From a virus (lineage: Duplodnaviria; Heunggongvirae; Uroviricota; Caudoviricetes): DNA of 20,151 nucleotides. The notes under the pieces are model-generated. The model was given only the letters and a program-made list of their open reading frames with translations. It did not search any database and was not told where the DNA came from. This document shows, piece after piece, positions 1-7,638 of the stretch. Every line of letters starts with the position of its first letter. The first letter of the stretch is position 1. The stretch covers positions 1 through 20,151 of the IMG/VR virus record IMGVR_UViG_640753025_000004; one strand, written 5' to 3'. The position numbers and the translations under genes are program-made.

Positions 1-393
1 TCATATTACTGGATAATCATCATCATCCTTCCCTATCCGATTGATAACGAATGTCACTACCCCGACAACTGTAACATCATCCAGGGCCTCACCTTCCAAC
101 GCTTCACCGTCTCGTGTAATAAATGCCCGGCCCATAATTTTTGCAAAATCAGTGCCGCCGCCGTATTGAATTAAAACGGTATCTCCTTGCTTTGGTTTTA
201 CGAAGCAATCCACTACGGCATAGCCGGTTTCTGTTTGTACTATCCGAGTATTGGGGCCGGTACCGCAGAGTGAATCAACGGTCAGACGCCGTTCAACATA
301 GTCAGCAGCTGGCGACGGAAATCCCACGTTATAGCCCTCCGTTTGGGTTGTATAACTGGAACGTGAGCTCATCGCCTTCCTGCGTTGAGACAT
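1..393 (-). CDS. UmuD-like S24-family (LexA/UmuD-type) SOS protein; gene runs to the window edge with stop at 1-3
   Basis: Translation contains GFPSPAADYVE, identical to the segment around the UmuD Cys24-Gly25 cleavage site, at the same distance from the N-terminus. C-terminal DDVTVVGVVTFVINRI resembles the UmuD C-terminus (DTLDVFGVVIHVVK) and a GDTVLI block matches GDLLIV. The canonical SG-x-SM serine motif is not evident (region reads TETGYAV). Alternative start at Met8 (about 372) has a better SD (AGGAAGG). Confidence 0.65.
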   Translation of the reverse strand: MSQRRKAMSSRSSYTTQTEGYNVGFPSPAADYVERRLTVDSLCGTGPNTRIVQTETGYAVVDCFVKPKQGDTVLIQYGGGTDFAKIMGRAFITRDGEALEGEALDDVTVVGVVTFVINRIGKDDDDYPVI

Positions 394-402
394 CCCGGAA
401 TG

Positions 403-561
403 TCAGTGCTCTATCCACTGGTTAGCCTGGCGCGGTGACCATATCCAGTTAACTTTTGCGAGTTCCCGGATAAAACCGGACGTTGTCACGGTGCGACGGC
501 CATTAGGCTCAATGACAATTGCCTGACGCCAGGCTATTTCGATATCTGAGTTTCGCGGCAT
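403..561 (-). CDS. small hypothetical protein (52 aa), first gene of the SOS-box operon
   Basis: ATG at 561 preceded by a strong SD (GGGAGGTGA, about 6 nt spacing). The track ORF 403-606 extends upstream but the internal ATG with SD is the likelier start. Stop lies 9 nt before the UmuD-like start. No recognisable family. Confidence 0.4.
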   Translation of the reverse strand: MPRNSDIEIAWRQAIVIEPNGRRTVTTSGFIRELAKVNWIWSPRQANQWIEH

Positions 562-579
562 AACTTCACCTCCCGAAAA

Positions 580-599
580 TACTGTTTTTATATACAGTA
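580..599 (-). promoter_or_regulatory. LexA binding site (SOS box)
   Basis: TACTGTTTTTATATACAGTA fits the E. coli SOS box consensus TACTGT-(AT)4-ACAGTA with both CTGT/ACAG half-sites perfect. It lies about 18 nt upstream of the 561 start codon and contains a TATATA -10-like element. Confidence 0.65.
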
Positions 600-771
600 G
601 ATTCATTAAGAGATCTGATCAATACAGGTTCCAGCTATCAATCAGGAACACTGAGGAGGAAACCAGTCACCTTTTAGCCTCTGATATTGGTTTCACTTAG
701 TGATTATGTTGTCTATGTGCCAACTATGAACTATCTTTTCTCAAAACCTGCTACTGCAAAATGGATATAAG

Positions 772-897
772 ATGTCACAGACGGACTTGCTGATTGTTGT
801 TTTTACTCTGGGCATTTTAGCCTTTGGCTATTCCATATGGTTCATTTCGAACAGAATACTTTGCTCTATATTTCATAGACTTACAAAGAATATATGA
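772..897 (+). CDS. candidate small hydrophobic peptide (41 aa, single predicted TM helix)
   Basis: ORF MSQTDLLIVVFTLGILAFGYSIWFISNRILCSIFHRLTKNI, too short for the track. A 14-aa upstream ORF (726-770) stops 1 nt before its ATG, and a 48-aa ORF (894-1040) starts in an ATGA overlap with its stop. A hairpin terminator follows at 1104-1137. Weak SD; AT-rich region. Confidence 0.25.
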   Translation: MSQTDLLIVVFTLGILAFGYSIWFISNRILCSIFHRLTKNI

Positions 898-1103
898 ATT
901 GGGATGGTATAGACCCAAATTCATGGTCATTGCCCCTCGACGTCGGAAGGTACTTACAGATCATCTTCGCTCTTAACCTATCACATCGGCACCTACTCCA
1001 TGATGTAACAGCTCAGACCAGAAATATCTGGAAGCTTTAGGCATATTCTTGGAAGATAGACGAGCGCAAAGACGCACACAGCAATGATGTTATGTAGTAT
1101 TTT

Positions 1104-1137
1104 CCCCTTGAGTGTGCCTGCTCAAGGGGGTTTTTAT
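1104..1137 (+). terminator. Rho-independent terminator-like hairpin
   Basis: CCCCTTGAG-TGTGCCTG-CTCAAGGGG stem-loop followed by GTTTTTAT. Confidence 0.5.
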
Positions 1138-1140
1138 CGC

Positions 1141-1216
1141 CGTATTGTACTGGCAAATATTTGTAAATAGTCTTCACCCCCACGCCTGTCACATCGGCCA
1201 CACGCGACTGGACAGG
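1141..1216 (-). pseudogene. remnant of serine DNA-invertase C-terminal HTH (copy A)
   Basis: Minus-strand translation reads QSRVADVTGVGVKTIYKYLP, matching the Hin/Gin/Pin C-terminal DNA-binding helix region. No upstream catalytic domain. About 75 percent DNA identity over about 55 bp to copy B at 1745-1800. Confidence 0.45.
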
Positions 1217-1219
1217 CGG

Positions 1220-1642
1220 TTAGTCCGGTATGTTTCTCGCGCTACTACTGCTTACGTTAACGTCTGGTAATGATCTAGCGGCGCGACGTAAAGCGGCGTT
1301 GAAAGCAATTATAGTGACCGGCCGGCATTGGTACTTCACACGGTTAGAATGGCTCTGAAATAAAAAAACATCTTCTGGATAGCGTTCTCTTCTACGAGCA
1401 ATGATCCCCTCCACTGGAGGGGTTGATTTAACACGTAGCTCCTTCAGGTGACCCTGTTTTCGTATCAGTATCAAGTCACCATCAATATCATCATATCGAA
1501 TACTCAGCAGCCTTCCAGCGCTTAAACCCGTGTGAAAAATTAACGCCCACAAGTCAGCCCATGTATCTGAGATGGAAACAAGATTGCTGTTAATAGTTAA
1601 AAATTGCTCAAAACTTATTGTTTTCTTACCGTTCACGAACAA
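1220..1642 (-). pseudogene. internal fragment of a tyrosine recombinase (phage-integrase/XerC-like)
   Basis: The segment TGLSAGRLLSIRYDDIDGDLILIRKQG and the following region align in pattern with the first half of the tyrosine-recombinase catalytic domain (first conserved Arg). The C-terminal H-x-x-R and Tyr region and the N-terminal domain are absent. ORF begins with TTG and contains no internal Met. Confidence 0.5.
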
Positions 1643-1719
1643 ACCAAACTGTTTTCAAAGCTGAATGAATTGATTAAGCCAAACGTAACATATCAGGAAA
1701 AGTAGTGAAATCTTTGCCT

Positions 1720-1932
1720 TCAAGTCGCCGGGAGGTACTTGTAGATTGTTTTCACGTCCACGCCTGTCACATCAGCCACCTGCTGCCGGGTAGCGCCGTT
1801 CTCCAGCATTCTGCGGCACCGCTCCACCACTTCTTCAGTCATTATCCGGCGGCGGCCGCCGACTCTCTCCTGCTCCATCGCTGCGGACCGACTCGGATGC
1901 ATTCGGCAAATTCTAGGCCGTGATTTTTCCAA
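1720..1932 (-). pseudogene. C-terminal remnant of a serine DNA invertase (Pin/Gin/Hin family), copy B
   Basis: GGRRRIMTEEVVERCRRMLENGATRQQVADVTGVDVKTIYKYLP parallels the Gin/Hin C-terminal HTH domain (GGRPPKLT...LYKKHP). The resolvase catalytic domain is missing; the ORF starts with TTG and overlaps the 3' end of the upstream 266-aa gene. Confidence 0.65.
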
Positions 1933-2713
1933 TCCTCTCCATCAGATATGCCAGGATGACATCCAGTGTGCTGGTCCCATATGCATATTTGCCGGGGAAA
2001 ACCAAACATTCTGACAAAACGGATGTTAACGGAGACACTGAACCATTGCCTGCTCCGCCAATACTCATTTTTTGAGACGGGCTATACGCTGGGATTGTAT
2101 AGCCCGTCACTTGTCGGCTGGTCACTGCAGACTGATCTGACCGCTGGTATGCAATTGCATAGGATCCAGCAGCCTTGTTAGAGCACATAACTACAGCGCA
2201 GAATAAAGATTGCCCTATATTGTTAGGAGTAAATGCCAGATCGGCCTCGATCCCTCCATTCAGAAAAATCGGGAATGAACCTGCTGACGTTGTACGAATG
2301 CCGACGCCATGAGGTGTGCTTTCCTGGGTTGCGATAACCGCTCTGTCCTGTGGCGTAGCCGGAAGCGCCCCACCTGGCAGCTGATAGATGAATGCAAAAG
2401 TATTGATGTTTGCGTCCATAACCACCGCCGTATCACCAGCCATGCCGGATGCACCGGAGAAATTAAGCCCCTGCAAAACAGAACCATTCAGCTTTGTGGA
2501 TGGCTCGAGGGTCTCCAGTGACTTGAAAAGTCCGCCATCTAATCGGTTAGAGATAGCTACTACTTTTGCACCAGACCCCATTTTTAGAAACTCTGTCTTC
2601 ACTGGTGTCCATACTGATGGGGATAGTTCTGAGATCGCTTTCTCTGCCGCTGTTTGTGAGTACACAGGGAGTAAGGGGTTATTCAGTCCAGTTAGTGTGT
2701 AAATCAGTCTCAT
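1913..2713 (-). CDS. hypothetical protein co-transcribed downstream of the tailspike (possible tail-associated or fibre-assembly protein)
   Basis: 266-aa ORF with an SD (GAGGA) upstream of ATG at 2713, 10 nt after the tailspike stop. No recognisable motif. Confidence 0.35.
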   Translation of the reverse strand: MRLIYTLTGLNNPLLPVYSQTAAEKAISELSPSVWTPVKTEFLKMGSGAKVVAISNRLDGGLFKSLETLEPSTKLNGSVLQGLNFSGASGMAGDTAVVMDANINTFAFIYQLPGGALPATPQDRAVIATQESTPHGVGIRTTSAGSFPIFLNGGIEADLAFTPNNIGQSLFCAVVMCSNKAAGSYAIAYQRSDQSAVTSRQVTGYTIPAYSPSQKMSIGGAGNGSVSPLTSVLSECLVFPGKYAYGTSTLDVILAYLMERIGKITA

Positions 2714-2722
2714 TTTTTATCC

Positions 2723-4786
2723 TCAGAAAACGTTAATACGAAAAGCGGGGAGCCAGTCGTAAAGAGTCACGGATGTGTCATACACCCATATGATTCCAGC
2801 GGAAGATCGAACACACCCTCTTGCACCAAGAGTCCGCCCGGAAGGTTTTACAGATGCGCCGCTCTGAAGTGGGTTTTCTGCTGTCGCATAGGAAACGCGC
2901 CCAAAACGTCCAGAGGGGGCGGTCGCCAGGTTAATCAGCACGCCCTTGCCGTCCGAGCTGATCGCGATGCTCGATATAGCAGGTGGAGCACCAGTCTCAT
3001 CCGTGTAGCTAAAGCCGTAATTGGCCAGACCGGAGGTGTTGATCGTAGTCGTGTCCAGCACCAGGTTCGTATACGCTGGGACATTGATTTGTATCTGCGT
3101 GGGTGAGTTCCACACGAAACTGGTCGGAACCATCCCTGACCAGCCGCTCGTAAACCACTCCTGGAGAAGCGCTCTCGCCACAGCTGCTCCGCGCCGGTTC
3201 TGGCCCGCACACGTCAAGTGCAGACCGTCTGAAATAAAATCGTACTGGTACAAACTATTGACCAGCCTGAATTGCTCTTTTCCGTGCAATCGCGTCGACG
3301 CCAGTCGCGCGTACTGGCCTGTAAATGCACCATGCCCGTCATTGACATACCCCAGCTGGGTAATGGCGATAATCGGCGGTTCGTTTTGACCCGTTCTTGC
3401 GATGATGTCGCTGGTGATTTGTCTCTGGTACTGCCTCATCCGTGATTCATACATTCCTTCTCGTAATCCTGACCAGTCCTCGTCGGACTCTCCCTGCATC
3501 CAGTCAACGCAGAGAACAATCGGCAGCCAGCCGCGTGCTTTACAGGCCGTTACGCAGTCTTCGATTGAATCGAGCAGATACTGATATACCTGGTTACCCC
3601 GTTTCTGGTACTCGTAAGCCTGACCAGACTGCGCACATACGATTGATAGCGTGCGCGGCATGATTCCGGTAGCTGCAGCCATATCGCGAATGAAGGTGTT
3701 CGCGAGGCCGCTTGCGGCCGTTTCTTTATCTGTCCCACTTACTGCCTCAACCAGTGGCACCAGAGTAGTGCTGCGTGTCCCTGTACGCCTAACCCCGCCG
3801 CTGAGCATGAAAGCGTTATCAGGATATATCGGCGTTGCTGCGACAATGGTTTGATCGGCGTCAGGACAATATCCTCGAGCGTTGGATTGCCCAGCAGTCA
3901 CAAAGATAAAACATACAGGCACTGTCTCTGAGTAGGGGTACACAGTAGACCCTGACAAATGAAGTCCATACTCAGGGAGCTGGTTGGCATCATCGTCGCC
4001 ACCACCACCGCCATTTCCGTTATTAACAGCTACCAGGCCACCGTCTGAGTAAATCCAGTGCTTCCCACCAACCGTATAAGCTTCAACGATCTGGTTTGTG
4101 GTTGAATCAACCGTCATCCGCCACACTTTTTCACCGCCAATAAACTGCGGTATAGAACCCTCCCGGCCCAGCGCATAGAGTTCGGATTCTTGTTGGGTTA
4201 AAAGTTCGTAATATTTTCCGTCAGGACCGATTTGAATTAATCTGCCGCTTGTATTTAAAAATGGAGCCACGCGGGAAGTCTCCGGATCATATGCTGCCAG
4301 GGTCACGCTGTCTGGCGATACCTGGTATGCGTAGTCGTCACGAACCATCCGCCGTCCGGTTGGCTGCAGCGTTCCAGCGAGGTTGATATACTCATCGGCC
4401 AGAGAGCTTCCGTCCTGACTGCGGACATAGGTTGTTGAACCTGCCGGAATATTCGCAATATCCGCCTGCGCCGCCGCCAGCGTCATGTACTGCCGGCTGA
4501 GAGGGATCAGGTTTTGGCGGGCTTCATCAATAACAGCGTCGGTAGCAGCTGCCATTTTTTTAGTAGCCCCAATTATCGTATCCTGGGCGTTACCAAAACG
4601 ATCTATAAAAGTATCGCTTTCGCTGTTCAGGAAATCATCGTACGCCAGGGCGTTATCATTCAGATCCTTCATGCTATTTGAAGGTCTTGGATTGCCGGTA
4701 TTATATCTTTTGTCCATACCTGTTCCTGTCTTCATCTTTTCAATGAAGCAATTAAGATTGACGCCCCGCCCCTTCAGGGCTAACAT
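2723..4786 (-). CDS. tailspike-like protein with a SASA/SGNH-type carbohydrate O-acetylesterase domain
   Basis: Long ORF with a central FIFVTAGQSNARGY motif, the GQSN(M)xG nucleophile motif of sialate-O-acetylesterase/DUF303-type esterases (as in prophage NanS-p and esterase tailspikes). A Gly-rich linker precedes it and a C-terminal beta-rich region follows. The true start is probably an internal ATG (about 4735 or 4717, the latter with an AGGA SD). Confidence 0.6.
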   Translation of the reverse strand: MLALKGRGVNLNCFIEKMKTGTGMDKRYNTGNPRPSNSMKDLNDNALAYDDFLNSESDTFIDRFGNAQDTIIGATKKMAAATDAVIDEARQNLIPLSRQYMTLAAAQADIANIPAGSTTYVRSQDGSSLADEYINLAGTLQPTGRRMVRDDYAYQVSPDSVTLAAYDPETSRVAPFLNTSGRLIQIGPDGKYYELLTQQESELYALGREGSIPQFIGGEKVWRMTVDSTTNQIVEAYTVGGKHWIYSDGGLVAVNNGNGGGGGDDDANQLPEYGLHLSGSTVYPYSETVPVCFIFVTAGQSNARGYCPDADQTIVAATPIYPDNAFMLSGGVRRTGTRSTTLVPLVEAVSGTDKETAASGLANTFIRDMAAATGIMPRTLSIVCAQSGQAYEYQKRGNQVYQYLLDSIEDCVTACKARGWLPIVLCVDWMQGESDEDWSGLREGMYESRMRQYQRQITSDIIARTGQNEPPIIAITQLGYVNDGHGAFTGQYARLASTRLHGKEQFRLVNSLYQYDFISDGLHLTCAGQNRRGAAVARALLQEWFTSGWSGMVPTSFVWNSPTQIQINVPAYTNLVLDTTTINTSGLANYGFSYTDETGAPPAISSIAISSDGKGVLINLATAPSGRFGRVSYATAENPLQSGASVKPSGRTLGARGCVRSSAGIIWVYDTSVTLYDWLPAFRINVF
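4757..4785 (+). promoter_or_regulatory. candidate sigma70 promoter for the moron operon
   Basis: TTGACG-N17-TAACAT just upstream of the HTH gene, in the divergent intergenic region. Confidence 0.3.
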
Positions 4787-4794
4787 CGCCTTAC

Positions 4795-5082
4795 GTGTTT
4801 AAACGGTTAAATAAGAGAATGATTTTAATAAATAAATACACCCCTCCAACGCAGGAAGATTTAGCCAGACTGAAATCCGCACTAAATTACTCCGGAAACC
4901 AAATGGCAGGGCTCGCAGGTGTAGCCAGCGATAGCCAATGGCGGAAATACACTGGCGGAGAGAGCCCCAGGGTAATGTCAAGACACATACTGTTTTATAT
5001 TGCAGCTCAGCTTGTTCTGTCTGATGAGCAACTTAACAATGTAATAAATAAAATGCGCGATATTGGCGCGGAGATAAAATAA
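4795..5082 (+). CDS. small HTH (Cro/XRE-like) protein, first gene of the moron
   Basis: The segment TQEDLARLKSALNYSGNQMAGLAGVASDSQWRKYTGGE has an HTH-like pattern. Track start is GTG; first ATG is at 4819. Stop overlaps the acyltransferase start (TAATG). AT-rich. Confidence 0.45.
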   Translation: MFKRLNKRMILINKYTPPTQEDLARLKSALNYSGNQMAGLAGVASDSQWRKYTGGESPRVMSRHILFYIAAQLVLSDEQLNNVINKMRDIGAEIK

Positions 5083-6173
5083 TGCTTGGCCTAATAAGGT
5101 TTTTTTTGGCATCGTGCGTCATTGCTTTTCACTTAACGGCTCGCATACCTGCACTTGGCAACTTTGCAGTGAATTGCTTCTATGTTATTAGTGGTTTTTT
5201 AATAACATACATTTTGCATGAAACATACAAGTTCAACTTCTCTATGTTTTGGAAAAATAGAATACTGAGGTTATTCCCGGCATATATATTTTTTCTCGTC
5301 ATGGGCTTTCTTATTATAAAATTAATTCCATCCGCAAAGGAATTCCACTCAAACTGGACAGGCAATTTCTTACCTGGAGATTTATTAGGAAACCTCTTAA
5401 TCTTCCCCTGGGCTTTCCTTTCTGATAATGCTGTAGCAAATCCATTCGGTGCCTTTTCATCCATTTATCACTTTGCTATTGATGGTAATAGATTCAGAAT
5501 AGTCACATCATCATGGTCAGTGGGTGTTGAGATAACATGTTATTTTTTATTGTGGCTTTTCATAGCCCGAAATAAATTTACAGCCATTACGTCGATTCTG
5601 CTTTCACTGCTTTATCATGCTTACGTATATGTAGTACACCATTCTTTTGATATGGCGTATTTCCCATTCCTTGCTGCAACACTTCCTTTTAGCATGGGTT
5701 CTCTGGGTTATTTTGCCCATAGAAAGTTCAAAGCTATGTATCTTTCTCCACACAAAGCTTTTTTAATAACATTTATTTGCATCGGGATTTTTATTACCAA
5801 TTGGCATTTATATACAATTAATCCATTAGGTCAGTACAACATAATACTTTACTACACCAATAATGTAATAGCATTGTTTACAACCCTGGTATTATTAAAA
5901 ATAAAGACAAACATACATCTTGAGAAAATACTCAAGTGGTTTGGTGACCTGGCCTATCCAATTTTTCTTTGTCAATATTTTGGTGGATTTCTAGCATGGC
6001 TTGCTATTGGTGGTGAAAATCGTGGCTTATCCATCTTTTTATTAGGCTACCCAATATCAATTGCACTTGGGATCGTTTGTGTAATATTAATAGACAAGCC
6101 ACTAATTAAAATTAGAGCAAAAATAAGGGCGGACGCTCAAAGCAAAAATAATCAGGAAAACTCTTCAAGGTAA
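5082..6173 (+). CDS. acyltransferase-3 family integral membrane O-acyltransferase (OafA/Oac-like)
   Basis: Multi-TM protein with family-typical N-terminal motifs (FHLTAR, FYVISGFLITY, WKNRILRLFPAY). Markedly AT-rich relative to flanking phage genes and on the opposite strand. Confidence 0.8.
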   Translation: MLGLIRFFLASCVIAFHLTARIPALGNFAVNCFYVISGFLITYILHETYKFNFSMFWKNRILRLFPAYIFFLVMGFLIIKLIPSAKEFHSNWTGNFLPGDLLGNLLIFPWAFLSDNAVANPFGAFSSIYHFAIDGNRFRIVTSSWSVGVEITCYFLLWLFIARNKFTAITSILLSLLYHAYVYVVHHSFDMAYFPFLAATLPFSMGSLGYFAHRKFKAMYLSPHKAFLITFICIGIFITNWHLYTINPLGQYNIILYYTNNVIALFTTLVLLKIKTNIHLEKILKWFGDLAYPIFLCQYFGGFLAWLAIGGENRGLSIFLLGYPISIALGIVCVILIDKPLIKIRAKIRADAQSKNNQENSSR

Positions 6174-6937
6174 ACTAAACCATTCGCTCCTTTTCCTGAT
6201 GAATAGTTACCATTCCCCCCGGCACCACCTGAGCCGGGGAAACCGCCATCATCGCCAGAACTACCGAAGTGGCCATTGCCACCCGTTGATGAAAATGCAG
6301 ATCCTCCAGCCCCGCCAATAAAAGCATCAGAACCATAATACAGACCACCTTGAGATATTCCGCCAGTAATATTTAAAATGTTCCCGCCACTTCCGATACC
6401 TCCAGCAGGAACTGTAGCCCCGCCACCACTCCCTCCAGTAGCTGAGATTAAACTCCCGAACCTTGTATCACCACCATTCCCGCCTTTAGACGAGACACCA
6501 GCAGCAACAGCACTGCCACCAGTACCTATCGTCACAGATATAGTTTCGTTATCAGAAATATTAAATAACCCTTCCGAAAATCCACCAGCACAACCTCCAG
6601 ATGCGCCCACACTAACTGGAGCATTCTGGCCACCTCCCCCCGCTCCCCAAACTTTCACCCGCACTCTTTTCGTCCCTTTAGTTGGAGTGTAAGTCCCTGA
6701 CTTAGTAAAGGTGACAATATTAAGCAGGCGACCGCCACCAATCGCTTTAAGAACCTGTGAATCATCATCAGGATCAAGCTCAAGCCCCGCGCCCTCAACA
6801 ACGTTTACCAGCTCACGCTGAAAGGTATTCATCATCTCAGCATTAATTATTGTCGGTGAAATACCATTAGCGACATTACCATTAGTGTATTCACCATTAG
6901 CATCAGCGGTGTCAGTTGTACTGCCAACTTTTCTCAT
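6152..6937 (-). CDS. tail fibre protein with glycine-rich C-terminal region
   Basis: N-terminus (DTADANGEYTNGNVANGISPTIINAEMMNTFQRELVNVVEGAGLE) resembles tail-fibre N-terminal attachment domains, followed by G-rich repeats. It lies directly after the baseplate genes, and its 3' end overlaps the convergent acyltransferase by about 22 nt. Confidence 0.55.
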   Translation of the reverse strand: MRKVGSTTDTADANGEYTNGNVANGISPTIINAEMMNTFQRELVNVVEGAGLELDPDDDSQVLKAIGGGRLLNIVTFTKSGTYTPTKGTKRVRVKVWGAGGGGQNAPVSVGASGGCAGGFSEGLFNISDNETISVTIGTGGSAVAAGVSSKGGNGGDTRFGSLISATGGSGGGATVPAGGIGSGGNILNITGGISQGGLYYGSDAFIGGAGGSAFSSTGGNGHFGSSGDDGGFPGSGGAGGNGNYSSGKGANGLVYLEEFS

Positions 6938-6963
6938 ATAAACCTTCTTTTTAAATGTCTGAA

Positions 6964-7638
6964 TTAAACGTAACCGGAAGCGATATCAAATATTTTGGCA
7001 AACTCAGGCGTGACTTCGTAAACCCCCTCATCGTTAAAACCGAAATAGATATAGCCGAATTTGACCAGGGTGTATGAGGGGGCGAGGGCATTAATCCGGC
7101 ATTCAAGCTGACGATTACCCCAGGAACGTAATGGATCGCCACAATAACTCAGACCTGCACGGGCATAAGTTATCGTTGTGTCTTCCGCCTCTACCAGCCA
7201 GACAAATGGCCAGTCATCCCCATTTAGCCCGTCACCACATACCGATAAGCCAGCACGCGCCTGCCGGTATTCCTTAATCGAAATCGTATAACCCATTGCT
7301 GCGGCAATACTGATGAAATAGCTCTTTGACTGCCCGCCGGTACTGATGAGTTTCGATACAATGTCAGACTGACGCTTCGCAATCGTATCCACTTCGCCAA
7401 TCGAGCAATCATCAGGTAAGCCGAGTGTTTTTTCCCACTCGGTGAGCATAATCGTCGCAGTTTTTGGAAAGGCACCGCGCAGCAATGCAAGTGCGTCGTT
7501 ATCACTTCGCTGGAAACTGGCCGCAATGGCCCGCAGTACAGCGGCCTGAACAGCTTTTGGATCCCGTGTCCACGCTCGGCCGGTGGGGATAAGCGCCTGC
7601 AGTGCCTTCTGATAATCGTCTGTTGAGAAAAGGCTCAT
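6964..7638 (-). CDS. baseplate protein, Mu gp48 / YmfQ-like (DUF2313)
   Basis: Position immediately after the J-like gene with a 4-nt overlap; sequence character of YmfQ-like proteins. Confidence 0.6.
   Translation of the reverse strand: MSLFSTDDYQKALQALIPTGRAWTRDPKAVQAAVLRAIAASFQRSDNDALALLRGAFPKTATIMLTEWEKTLGLPDDCSIGEVDTIAKRQSDIVSKLISTGGQSKSYFISIAAAMGYTISIKEYRQARAGLSVCGDGLNGDDWPFVWLVEAEDTTITYARAGLSYCGDPLRSWGNRQLECRINALAPSYTLVKFGYIYFGFNDEGVYEVTPEFAKIFDIASGYV

Noticed and set aside
1-393. Initial idea that the 130-aa protein is a dUTPase-like or dCTP-deaminase-like beta-barrel protein
   Set aside because: No dUTPase motifs. The exact GFPSPAADYVE match and C-terminal similarity point to the UmuD/S24 family instead.
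141-425. Plus-strand 94-aa ORF
   Set aside because: Antisense to the UmuD-like gene, which has clear homology support.
1636-1663. Possible gix/hix-like invertase crossover site (CGAACAAACCAAACTGTTTTCAAAG)
   Set aside because: Only loosely palindromic and a poor match to the Gin/Hin consensus half-sites as far as I can judge by eye. No intact invertase is present.
2935-3854. Several 60-120 aa ORFs on both strands inside the tailspike gene
   Set aside because: Fully nested in a long, well-supported ORF in GC-rich DNA; no independent signals.
5180-5464. Minus-strand 94-aa ORF inside the acyltransferase gene
   Set aside because: Antisense to a well-supported membrane protein gene in AT-rich DNA, where spurious ORFs are common.
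6378-6692. Proline-rich plus-strand ORF (PPLPIPP...)
   Set aside because: Antisense reading of the glycine-rich tail-fibre codons (GGN read as NCC); no start context.
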